A program made the position numbers and the translations under genes. Positions 51,565 to 60,193 of a stretch of DNA of 64,000 bases are shown here, one piece after another; the first letter of the stretch is position 1; every line of letters starts with the position of its first letter. The DNA comes from Ramlibacter sp. (GTDB taxonomy: Bacteria; Pseudomonadota; Gammaproteobacteria; Burkholderiales; Burkholderiaceae_C), in assembly GCF_028291745.1 (NCBI RefSeq), contig NZ_JAQGNQ010000028.1:12674-76673 (forward strand), given 5' to 3'. The notes under the pieces were generated by a model, which did no database searches, had not been told where the DNA came from, and saw nothing but the letters and a program-made list of their open reading frames with translations.

Positions 51565-53673
51565 TTAACGTTGCAGGGGGAAGATCAGCTCGAACCGGAC
51601 GCCGTCCTGCACGTTCACGGCCTGCACGGTGCCGCCCATCTTGGCCATGTAGGTGCGTGCCACGAACAGCCCCTGGCCGCGCTGGCCGATGCCCTCGTCC
51701 GCCGCCGCCGCGCTGACGCCGTAGTCGAAGATGCGCTCCAGCAGCGCCTCGGGAATCGCGCGGCCCTGGTTGTGCACGCCGGCGACCGCCTGGCCTTCGC
51801 GCACCTGCAGGCTCAGCGTGATCGGCGTGCCGGCCGTTCGATGCCGGTCGGCATTGCTCAGGATGTGCGTCACCACGTCTTCCAGCGAGAAGCCATCGGC
51901 GCGCACCGGCACCGGTGAATCGGACGCGATGTAGTGCACGTCGTCGATGCCGGCGAAGCGGGCATTCGCGGCCACCTCGCGCAGGAACGCGTCGAGGTCC
52001 AGCCCCGCCAGCTCCAGCTGCGCAGCCGCCAGCGCCTCGCCGGGCGAAGCCTGGCCATACAGCACGCGCACGGCCTGCTGCATGCGCTGTACGTAGCGGT
52101 GCGCGGGATCGGCCGCATCCGGGTGCAGCACCATCAAGGATTGCAGCGGCGACAGGATCTCGTGGCCCACCGCCTGCAGCATGTCGCGCTCTCGTTGCGC
52201 CCGCAACTGTTCGCGCTGCACGTCGCCCTTCACCCGCTGCAGCAGATCCGCGAGGCCGCCGGCGAGGATGCCCAGCTCGTCGCGCCCGCGCAGGTCGGAG
52301 ACATCGAGTTCGACGATGCCGGCGTCGCCACCCGCGTCGCGTTGCACCTTGTACGAGACCGCGGCGGCGCGCTGCGTCAGCACCGCGATGCGCCGGATCA
52401 GGCCCACCTCGATCACGAACCACGCGAGGGCGATCGCCCCCAGCATCGCCGCCACGTACCAGGACATGCGCGTGGCCACCACGCCCAGGCCGCGGTCGAT
52501 GCCGCGCGCATCGCCGGTCAGCCGCGCCTCGTAGCGACCCAGCGGCGTGGCGAGCGTCTCGCGCGCGCTCACCGTGCCGGGCTGCGCCGCCACCGGCAGC
52601 AGGTCGATCAGGCGCAGGATCAGCGGCGAGCTCTGGCCGCCCGCTTCCTCGCGCGCCTTCACGGTGGCGATGGGGGTGGCGCGGTCGCGGTCCTGCCGCG
52701 TGATGGTCATCACTTCGCCCGGTTGCAGGAAGCGGTCCAGGTCCGGCAGCAAGGGCGGCGCCACTGCGCCGGGCGCATTGCTGTCGAAGAGAGGCTTCTC
52801 GCTTTCCGGCGGCAGGATCTGCAACTGCACGCGGATGCGATCGAGGTCCGGCGGCGGCCAGTCGAGCCGGCCCGAGGCGAGCGCGGCGCGGAAGGCCTCG
52901 GCCGGCAGGCGGATCGCGTACGACACGCGCCGCAGGCAGTCGGGCGGCTCGCCACCGCCGCTGCACGAGGCGCTTTGCCACACGCTGGCGCGAAAGTCGC
53001 GCACCGGCTGGGCATCCGGTGCGAGCTGGTGGTCGTCGTGCGCGAAGGCAATGAGGCGGCCGCGCACCAGTGGCTCGCCCCGGAGCGACTGCCGCTCGAA
53101 GGGGGCCATCCAGGTGCGCAGCTCACCGCGCATCTCCAGCCGGATGCGCGCGCGGTGCACGGCCAGCAGGTCGGGATCGCCGGGCTCGCGGCCCACAAGA
53201 TCGCCGCTGGCAAAGCTGCCCACGAGATAGATGAATCCCCCCGCATACGCATTGCTGCCGACCGCCACGCACAGCGCGCTGTCGTCGGGGTAAACGACCG
53301 AGCAGCCGGCGGTGTCCACGGCCTGCTGCGCGCGACCCGGGTCGTCGATGTCGAGCGACGCATAGGGCAGCACCAGCGGCCGCAGCGGGAGGGTGGCCGC
53401 GGCGGTGCCGGGATTCAGCAGCGCGAGCTGGCCCGAAGGCTGCCGCAGCCGCGCGAGCAGGTCCGCCTGCGTCTGGCGAAAGCCTTGCCGGTAGTTGCCG
53501 TAGATGCGCGCCTTCTCGTCCTGCAGCAGCACCACGGCCAGCGCCAGCGTGGCCAGTGCCAGCAGCAGGAACACCAGGCGAATGAGGATGCGGCGGCGAA
53601 ACGAGGCCAGGCCGAGGCGCGGGACCTCGCGCGGCACGGCGAGCTCGGGTAGCGCGAGCGGCGGGCGCTTCAT
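51565..53673 (-). CDS. Sensor histidine kinase with large unassigned periplasmic domain
   Basis: Two TM segments flank about 400 aa. The H-box is AVGHEILSPLQSL. The ATPase region is NADRHR...GQGLFVARTYMAKMGG. The ATG overlaps the regulator stop (ATGA). Confidence 0.8.
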   Translation of the reverse strand: MKRPPLALPELAVPREVPRLGLASFRRRILIRLVFLLLALATLALAVVLLQDEKARIYGNYRQGFRQTQADLLARLRQPSGQLALLNPGTAAATLPLRPLVLPYASLDIDDPGRAQQAVDTAGCSVVYPDDSALCVAVGSNAYAGGFIYLVGSFASGDLVGREPGDPDLLAVHRARIRLEMRGELRTWMAPFERQSLRGEPLVRGRLIAFAHDDHQLAPDAQPVRDFRASVWQSASCSGGGEPPDCLRRVSYAIRLPAEAFRAALASGRLDWPPPDLDRIRVQLQILPPESEKPLFDSNAPGAVAPPLLPDLDRFLQPGEVMTITRQDRDRATPIATVKAREEAGGQSSPLILRLIDLLPVAAQPGTVSARETLATPLGRYEARLTGDARGIDRGLGVVATRMSWYVAAMLGAIALAWFVIEVGLIRRIAVLTQRAAAVSYKVQRDAGGDAGIVELDVSDLRGRDELGILAGGLADLLQRVKGDVQREQLRAQRERDMLQAVGHEILSPLQSLMVLHPDAADPAHRYVQRMQQAVRVLYGQASPGEALAAAQLELAGLDLDAFLREVAANARFAGIDDVHYIASDSPVPVRADGFSLEDVVTHILSNADRHRTAGTPITLSLQVREGQAVAGVHNQGRAIPEALLERIFDYGVSAAAADEGIGQRGQGLFVARTYMAKMGGTVQAVNVQDGVRFELIFPLQR

Positions 53674-54383
53674 GGCCGCGGGCGGCCGCCGTCCACCCAG
53701 CGGAAGCCGCGCATCGGCACGTTCTCGATCGCCTCGAAGCTGGCGTCCGCTTCGCGCAAGGCATCGCGGATGGTGCTGACGTGCTTGCGGACGTTGTCGC
53801 GGTTGCGCCCGCTCTTCACCACGTCAAACAGGTCCTCGTACGAGACCACTTCGCCCCGCCGCTGGTACAGCGTGGCCAGAATGCGCTGCGCCGTCAGCGG
53901 CAGGTTGATGCGCTGGCCCCGCCACGTGGGTGTGCGCTGCCAGAGTGGGTCGAGCGAGAGTTCGGCCGCGGGCGTGGCGGGCGCGTCCTGCTGCGCGCGA
54001 CGCTCGCGTGCCACCCGCAGGATCTCGAGAAAGGTCTCGATGAAGTCGGCCTCCTCGAAGGTGGTCTTCTGCAGGTAGTCCCAGGCATCGAGCGCCTTCA
54101 TGATGCTGCGGTAGATCGCCGCCGGCATCGCCGACACCACCAGCACCGGCACGCCGGCGCGCCGCTTGTTGATCGCGTTGATCAGGGCGACGCCGGCATG
54201 GCGCTCGCGACCGAGCTCGATGTCCAGCAGCACCACGTCGTAGGCCTCGCGCTCCAGGGCGGCCTCGGCGCCGTCGCGGTCGAACCACTGGTCCACCACG
54301 ATGCCGGGCCGCGCCGCGCGGATCCAGCCGGCGAGCTGGTTGCTGGTGGGCAGGTCGTCCTCGATCACGGCAACTCGGGTCAT
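53670..54383 (-). CDS. Response regulator, REC plus OmpR/PhoB-type winged-helix output
   Basis: The REC domain reads MTRVAVIEDD...VVLLDIELG...VLVVSA. The C-terminal region reads LPLTAQRILATLYQRRGEVVSYEDL...VRKHVSTIR...VPMRGFRW. Confidence 0.8.
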   Translation of the reverse strand: MTRVAVIEDDLPTSNQLAGWIRAARPGIVVDQWFDRDGAEAALEREAYDVVLLDIELGRERHAGVALINAINKRRAGVPVLVVSAMPAAIYRSIMKALDAWDYLQKTTFEEADFIETFLEILRVARERRAQQDAPATPAAELSLDPLWQRTPTWRGQRINLPLTAQRILATLYQRRGEVVSYEDLFDVVKSGRNRDNVRKHVSTIRDALREADASFEAIENVPMRGFRWVDGGRPRP

Positions 54384-54524
54384 GCGCGGATTATCGAACC
54401 GGGTGCTGCCCGCGGCCGCGGAAGATTTCTTCCGGGCCGTGAACGAAGACGCCCCGCGGCTGCATTGTTCCTTCGCGGCGTGCTCCGAAGAATGACCTCC
54501 ATCGCAACCCGAAGGAGAAGCACG

Positions 54525-55145
54525 ATGAAGCACCCCGCCACCGCCACCGCCCGCGCCCTGGGCCGCCTTGCATTGGTCGCCGCTGCCGGCGTCGCCGCCG
54601 CGACCGTCTGGGCCCAGAACCGCCCCGAGCAGGGCCTGCTGCTGGACGCGCAGAGCTGGAACGACGAAGTGCTGACGGCTGCCGCAGACCCGTGGCCGCA
54701 GGACGGCTGGTATCGCCTCGTGGCCGACGCAAAGGGTGTCGCTGTGCGCGCCGTGCGCCCTGGCGAGACCGCGGGCACTCCGGCCGATGCGCTGTTCTTC
54801 CGCCTGCCCGGCACGGCCCTGCAGCAAGGCGTGCACGCCAGCTTCGCGGCGCAGGAAATCATGTGGCCGGGCGCCGAGGTCCCCGCCGCGCGCTTCAGCC
54901 TGCGCGTCGAGGAGGTCGATGCGGGCGTGCAATACGCGATCGGCTACGGCGGCCGCAGCTACCACTACATCGTCGGCCCCCGTGGCGCCAGCACCAGCGT
55001 GCGCGCCGTCGCCGACCTCGATGGCGATGGCCGCCCCGACTTCGTGATCGACGCCGACGACAGCACCTTCCTGCTGCTGTCCACGCAAGCGCAACCCGGA
55101 TTGAACCTGCCCACCGCCGAACTGCCGGCGCACGGCGGCTGCTGA
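54525..55145 (+). CDS. Secreted hypothetical protein with FG-GAP/calcium-loop-like DxDxDG motif
   Basis: The SD is gaaggagaag. The signal peptide reads MKHPATATARALGRLALVAAAGVAAATVWAQ. The motif is DLDGDGRPDFVID. I did not recognise a family. Confidence 0.5.
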   Translation: MKHPATATARALGRLALVAAAGVAAATVWAQNRPEQGLLLDAQSWNDEVLTAAADPWPQDGWYRLVADAKGVAVRAVRPGETAGTPADALFFRLPGTALQQGVHASFAAQEIMWPGAEVPAARFSLRVEEVDAGVQYAIGYGGRSYHYIVGPRGASTSVRAVADLDGDGRPDFVIDADDSTFLLLSTQAQPGLNLPTAELPAHGGC

Positions 55146-55177
55146 ATCGTCATCCCCTCAAGCACCAGGAGAACCTC

Positions 55178-56437
55178 ATGATCGCCCGCCTGAAGTCCAC
55201 CGCCCGTGCCGTGCGCATCGCCCTTGCGCGCAAGCTGCGCCGGCCCGGACGAGGCCCGTTGCTCTCCAGCGAAGCCGTGTTCGAGCGCGTGCTGCAGGCG
55301 CGCCGCACGCTGGCCGTGATTGGCGGTGTCGCCGTGGTCGGCGCGCTGCTGGTGCTGCATCCGCCGCTGCGCACCGTCGGCCCGGGCGAGCTTGGTGTGC
55401 GCACCAACCTGCTCACGGGCCGCGTGGTGCAGTGGCGCGACGGCAGCGTGCTGGTGGTGCCCGGCCTGCACGAGGCGCAGGTCTTCGCGCTGCGCGATCG
55501 CGTCTACAAGCCGGCGCAACTGGCCAGCGCCGCCGGCAGCGCCCCGGTGCAGTCGGTCGAAGGGCTGTCGGTGGGCGTCGATCTCGTGGTGCGCTATGCG
55601 CTCGATCCTGCGCGCGTCGCCGCCACGGCGCGCAACCTGCCGGCGAACCTGGATGTCGACGTCGTGGAGCCCGCGGTGCAGGACGTGGTCTACAAGGTGT
55701 TTGCCCGCTACACGGTGCGCGAGATCTTCTCGACCAAGCGCGTCGAGATCCAGCGCACGCTGGAAGCCGACCTGAAGCCGCGGCTCGCCGCCGATGGCGT
55801 GCTGCTCAAGGGCGTGCTGGTGGGCAAGGTCGACCTGCCGGCCGACTACCGGCGCGGCATGGAAAGCCTGCTCGCCGAAGAACTCGAGACCCAGAAGATG
55901 GATTACACGCTGCAGCTGAAGGACAAGCGCGTGAAGCAGACCGAGCTGGAAGCCAGCGCCGAGAAGGTGCAGCGCGAGGTGCGCGCCGAGGCCGCCGCGC
56001 GCGAACAGATCATCGCCGCGCGGGCGAAGGAGGAGGCGATGAAGCACGTGCTGCCCTTCAAGCAAAAGCAGATCGAGCAGCGGCAACTGGAAGCCGAGGC
56101 CGAGAAGCAGTCGCGCGTGAAGGTGGCCGAAGGCAATGCGCAGGCGCGCCGCATCGAAGCGAGCGGCGAGGCCGACGCGCGGCAACGCCTGGCCGACGCC
56201 GAGGCCTACCGCATGGAAAAGGTGGGCCAGGCCAGCGCCGAACAGATGGCGCGCGAGGGCACGCTGCTGTCGCGCCATCCGCTGTTGATCCAGAAGACGC
56301 TGGTCGACAAGCTCTCGGACAAGGTGCAGGTGATCATCGCGCCGCCCGGCTCCGGCGGTGGCTTCCTGGCGGCCAACCTGCTCGGGGGCGGACAGCCCGC
56401 AGCCGGCGCGCAGCAGACCGCGGCGAAGGAGGAATGA
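55178..56437 (+). CDS. SPFH/band-7 (prohibitin/HflC-like) membrane protein with long coiled-coil tail
   Basis: It has an N-terminal TM segment. The SPFH core reads GELGVRTNLLTGRVVQWRDGSVLVVPGLHEAQVF...VVYKVFARYTVREIFS. An E/A/K/R/Q-rich helical region follows. Confidence 0.8.
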   Translation: MIARLKSTARAVRIALARKLRRPGRGPLLSSEAVFERVLQARRTLAVIGGVAVVGALLVLHPPLRTVGPGELGVRTNLLTGRVVQWRDGSVLVVPGLHEAQVFALRDRVYKPAQLASAAGSAPVQSVEGLSVGVDLVVRYALDPARVAATARNLPANLDVDVVEPAVQDVVYKVFARYTVREIFSTKRVEIQRTLEADLKPRLAADGVLLKGVLVGKVDLPADYRRGMESLLAEELETQKMDYTLQLKDKRVKQTELEASAEKVQREVRAEAAAREQIIAARAKEEAMKHVLPFKQKQIEQRQLEAEAEKQSRVKVAEGNAQARRIEASGEADARQRLADAEAYRMEKVGQASAEQMAREGTLLSRHPLLIQKTLVDKLSDKVQVIIAPPGSGGGFLAANLLGGGQPAAGAQQTAAKEE

Positions 56438-56440
56438 GCC

Positions 56441-57877
56441 ATGCTCGGAAGCGCCATCGCAGCGGCGGCCGTCGCCGCGAGCATGACCACGGCCATCGTC
56501 ACCACCGACCACGCCGTGCTGCGCGCTTCCCCGCGCGACTCGGCGCCGCAGCAGGCCCAGCTCTGGCAGGGCGAGCTGCTGGAGGTGCGCGGCGAGCGGC
56601 TCGACTACCTGCAGGTGTGGGACCATGCGACCGAGAGAGGCGGCTACGTCAAGGCCTCGCAGGTGCGGCGCACCGCCCTGGCGCCGCAGGAGGCGCCGCA
56701 ACTGCTCACGGTGCTGCGCTTCCTGCACGACGCCCCGGGCGCCGAGTCGCTGGGCATCGCGCTGGCGGCCGCCTGGCTGCAGGCGGCCGACGCGCAAACG
56801 CTGCGCGGCGCCAGCGGCGCGGAAGCACTCGATGCGCTGGGCACTTTCGCCGAGCGGCTGGCGCAGCGCGCCTCCGAGGGCAGCGCCACTGCGCAGGGCA
56901 AGGCCGCGCTCGCCGGTCACCTCGAGGTGGCGGCGCACTATGGCGTGCAGTTCGCCAGCTACGAGCAGGAGGGCCGCGTGCGCATCTGCTACGACGGCGA
57001 GGCCTTCCGCGGCGTGCTGGCCTTGCCGGCCGACCCCCAGCAGCAGGCCCGCGCGGTGCTGGCGCTCACGCAGCCGGAGTGCGTCGACCCGGCGCTGCGC
57101 CCGCTGCAGCGGCACGAGCGCAATGCCTGGCGGGCGCAGGTGCTGGAGCGGGTGGATGCCGCGGCGCTGCCGGCCTATCTGCGCCATCGCATCGCGCTGC
57201 GGCGCGCTGCCGTCTGGAGCACGCTCGCTTACGAGAACGCCCGCTTCGGTGAGGCGGCGCAGCCGGCGGCGGAGCGCGCGATCGCGGCGCTGGCCTCCGT
57301 GCCCAAGGGCGAACTGGCCGAAGAGGACCAGGCGAGCTACAACGACGCGGCGATGCGCGTGAATGCCTCGCGCTGGGCCGCAGTGCCCGCGTCCACCCCA
57401 CCTGCGGGCGCGGGACCGGCGATCGTGACGCAAGCCGGCGCGCCCGGCGAGACCTGCGTGCTGCTGGTCGACGGCAAGCACGATGCGGCGAATCCGCTCG
57501 CGCGTCGCTGCACCTATGCGCTGGTGTGGCCGCAGTCGGCCAGCCTCAATCGCGAAGGCAACGCGCTGGCCCTTGCGGTGCAACCGATGGACGCCTGGCG
57601 CGAGCTGTGGCTGTTCCGTCTGCGGGGGCGGCAGTGGGTGATCGATGTGCTGCCGCCCGCCACGCTGCAACCGCAGCTGGGTTATGCGGAGTTCGCCGGC
57701 TGGGTGCCGGGGGGACGGCAGATGCTGCTGGCGCGGGAAGCGCGCGGGGAGGGGAGGTATCGCCGCAGCAACGAGGTGGTGGCGCTCGATTCGCTGGTGG
57801 CGGCCCCGGCGGCTGCGGGCTTGTGGCAGCGGTGGCAGGACCCGAAGTGGAAAGGGATGTCGGTCGCGGTGCGATAA
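56441..57877 (+). CDS. Hypothetical exported protein with N-terminal bacterial SH3-like segment
   Basis: The SD aaggagg lies 10 nt upstream. The N-terminus has a hydrophobic leader. The segment AVLRASPRDSAPQQAQLWQGELLEVRGERLDYLQVWDHATERGGYVKASQV follows. I did not recognise the remainder. Confidence 0.5.
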   Translation: MLGSAIAAAAVAASMTTAIVTTDHAVLRASPRDSAPQQAQLWQGELLEVRGERLDYLQVWDHATERGGYVKASQVRRTALAPQEAPQLLTVLRFLHDAPGAESLGIALAAAWLQAADAQTLRGASGAEALDALGTFAERLAQRASEGSATAQGKAALAGHLEVAAHYGVQFASYEQEGRVRICYDGEAFRGVLALPADPQQQARAVLALTQPECVDPALRPLQRHERNAWRAQVLERVDAAALPAYLRHRIALRRAAVWSTLAYENARFGEAAQPAAERAIAALASVPKGELAEEDQASYNDAAMRVNASRWAAVPASTPPAGAGPAIVTQAGAPGETCVLLVDGKHDAANPLARRCTYALVWPQSASLNREGNALALAVQPMDAWRELWLFRLRGRQWVIDVLPPATLQPQLGYAEFAGWVPGGRQMLLAREARGEGRYRRSNEVVALDSLVAAPAAAGLWQRWQDPKWKGMSVAVR

Positions 57878-57886
57878 GAGGCGCAC

Positions 57887-57915
57887 GGGGTGGGATGCCT
57901 GCGGCAGCCCACCCC
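57887..57915. terminator. GC hairpin (REP-related) between convergent genes
   Basis: ggggtggg-atgcctgcggcag-cccacccc. The loop resembles the family C core (gcctgcggcagccc). Confidence 0.4.
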
Positions 57916-57926
57916 TGCGGCTTCCA

Positions 57927-59669
57927 TCACGCCGACACCGCCGCCCGCGGTGGTGCCTTGGGCCCCCGCGCCGGCCTGGCCCGCTTCACATACTCCGGCA
58001 AAAAGCTGCGCCGGCTGCGGTCCGAGAACACCACGGTCACTTGCGTTGCGCCGGCTTCCTCGACCACGCCCCGGCCATAGCGTTTCACTTCCACCAGGTC
58101 GCCGCGCGCGAAGACCGGCGCATGGCTCTCGTCGTCGACTTCGGGCTCCTCTTCCACCGGAGCCTTCCGTAGCAGTTCCTCGACCACCGCCTCGTGCGCC
58201 TTGATGCGCCGGCAGTTGTCGCACTGCTCGCAGCGCTCGAACGGCGACTCGCCTTCGAGGTGTTCCAGCAGCACGTGCCAGCGGCACTGGCCGGTCTGGG
58301 CATAGAACACCATGCGCTCCAGCGCCTCGCGATCGAGGTCGCGCTTGCGGCCGTAGCCTTGCGTCAGTTCGCGCAGACGGCCGCCGAAAGCCGCGGCCTT
58401 GCCCACCAGCTTGAGCGTGCCGTCGCGCGCCTGCGCCACGATGCGGTCCTTGCGCAGCAGCCCCAGCGCCACCTGCAGCTTGCTCTTGGGGCGTCCCACA
58501 CGCGCCTGCAGCAGCGGCAGCGTCCAGGCTTCCGCTTCGGCGGGGCGATCCTCCAAGGCCTTGACGATGGCGGCGGCGTCTTCTTCGCCCGGATAGCGCC
58601 CGGCCATGAAGAACTGCTGGATCGCCTTGTCGCCGCGCAGGAACAGCAGTGTGCAGCGGGCCAGCTCGCCGTCGCGCCCGGCCCGGCCGGCTTCCTGGTA
58701 ATACGCCTCCAGCGTCGCGGGCAGCTGGTAGTGCAGCACGAAGCGGATATCGGCCTTGTCGATGCCGAGCCCGAACGCATTGGTCGCCACCATCACGCGC
58801 CGGTCGCCGCGCATGAAGGCTTCCTGCACGTGCGAGCGCTCCGATGCGGCCAGCTTGCCGTGGTACAGCCCCACCGATTCGCCGGCGGCGACGAGCGCCT
58901 CGTACACGGCCTGCGCCGCCTTCACGGTGGCGGTGTACACGATCCCGCTGCCCTCGGTGCCGCGCACCAGCTTGAGCACGTTGGCGAGCTTGTCGCCCTC
59001 CTTTTCCACCGGCACCACGCGCAGGTCGAGGTTGGGGCGATAGGCGCTGGTATTGACCGTGCCGTCGGCGGGGATGCCCAGCTGCTTGCAGATGTCCTGC
59101 GCGATCTCCTCGGTGGCGGTGGCGGTCAGCGCCAGCACCACCGGCTTGCCCAGGCGCGGCACGGCGTGCGCGATCTCCAGGAAGGCAGGCCGGAAGTCGT
59201 GGCCCCACTGGGAGATGCAATGCGCCTCGTCGATCGCCAGCAGGCTCACCGGGTGCTTCGTCAGGAGTTCGAGGAATGCCGGTTCGGCCAGCCGCTCGGG
59301 CGTGGTCATCACGATCTTCGCGCTGCCATCGGCCACCGCCTGTTCGGCCGCGTGCGCTTCCTCGCTGTCGGTGGCGCTGTTCACCTGCACGGCGGAAATG
59401 CCCAGGGCGCGCAGCGACTCGCACTGGTCCTTCATCAACGCGATCAGGGGCGAGATGACGACGGTGCGGCCTTCCAGCAGCAGCGCCGGCAGCTGATAGC
59501 AAAGGGACTTGCCTGCGCCCGTGGGCATCACGGCCAGCGTGGACTGGCTGCGCAGCACGCGTTCGATCACGGCCTGCTGGCCAGGCCGCAGGCGCGACAA
59601 CCCGAAGGTGTCGCGCAAGAGGGTGCGTACGCGCCGCATCGCGGCGTCCGGCGTCGCGCTGCGGGCCAT
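57927..59669 (-). CDS. recQ: RecQ-family ATP-dependent DNA helicase
   Basis: The helicase motifs are LRPGQQAVIERVL, MPTGAGKSLCYQLPAL and DEAHCISQWGHDFRPAF. The zinc-binding region is CRWHVLLEHL...CEQCDNC. The C-terminus is SH3/Tudor-like (FARGDLVEVKRYGRGVV). Confidence 0.85.
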   Translation of the reverse strand: MARSATPDAAMRRVRTLLRDTFGLSRLRPGQQAVIERVLRSQSTLAVMPTGAGKSLCYQLPALLLEGRTVVISPLIALMKDQCESLRALGISAVQVNSATDSEEAHAAEQAVADGSAKIVMTTPERLAEPAFLELLTKHPVSLLAIDEAHCISQWGHDFRPAFLEIAHAVPRLGKPVVLALTATATEEIAQDICKQLGIPADGTVNTSAYRPNLDLRVVPVEKEGDKLANVLKLVRGTEGSGIVYTATVKAAQAVYEALVAAGESVGLYHGKLAASERSHVQEAFMRGDRRVMVATNAFGLGIDKADIRFVLHYQLPATLEAYYQEAGRAGRDGELARCTLLFLRGDKAIQQFFMAGRYPGEEDAAAIVKALEDRPAEAEAWTLPLLQARVGRPKSKLQVALGLLRKDRIVAQARDGTLKLVGKAAAFGGRLRELTQGYGRKRDLDREALERMVFYAQTGQCRWHVLLEHLEGESPFERCEQCDNCRRIKAHEAVVEELLRKAPVEEEPEVDDESHAPVFARGDLVEVKRYGRGVVEEAGATQVTVVFSDRSRRSFLPEYVKRARPARGPKAPPRAAVSA

Positions 59670-59674
59670 ACGCG

Positions 59675-60016
59675 TCAGCGGTCTTCTTCCGACCCGTCGC
59701 GGTCGGCCAGGGCCTCCACGTCGTCGTTGTCCAGATCGGTCATTTCCAGCGCGTCGGGGTCGGCTTCGGGGAAGCCTTCGTCGTCGGCCAGGTTCACCAC
59801 GCGATCGGGCAGGATGTCGCCGCCTTCGCGGGCGTCGGCGCCAACCACGGCCCCGCGCTCGCCGGTACCGGCGGCATCGCTGTCCTCGTACGCTTCATGC
59901 GTGCCGATGGTGTCGCTGCCGGTGTCCGAGTTGTCGCTCGGGCCGAGCAGTTCGGCCTCGCGGCCGCTGGGGTTGGTCGCTGCCGTCTCCCCGCCCAGGA
60001 TGCTGCTGTATGCCAT
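59675..60016 (-). CDS. Highly acidic small protein (113 aa) immediately upstream of the RecQ-family gene
   Basis: The protein begins MAYSSILGGETAATNPSGREAELLGPSDNSDTGSD.... By my count it has 32 Asp+Glu against 6 Arg and no Lys. A GGAAGGAG SD lies upstream. The stop is 5 nt before the recQ start. Confidence 0.5.
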   Translation of the reverse strand: MAYSSILGGETAATNPSGREAELLGPSDNSDTGSDTIGTHEAYEDSDAAGTGERGAVVGADAREGGDILPDRVVNLADDEGFPEADPDALEMTDLDNDDVEALADRDGSEEDR

Positions 60017-60193
60017 CGCTCTTGCTCCTTCCGGATGTGGACGGCCAGTCTCGCTGGCCAGCTGCCAGCACGGCGTCGGCACGGGTGCCTGCGCGCTGTC
60101 GGACGCTGCCCTTGCTGCTTCGCCGTCCGCCGCGGCACAGGGCGCGCGGCGCGGCTCGCGTACAGTGCGGCGCAAAGCAGGAGAGACCGCATC

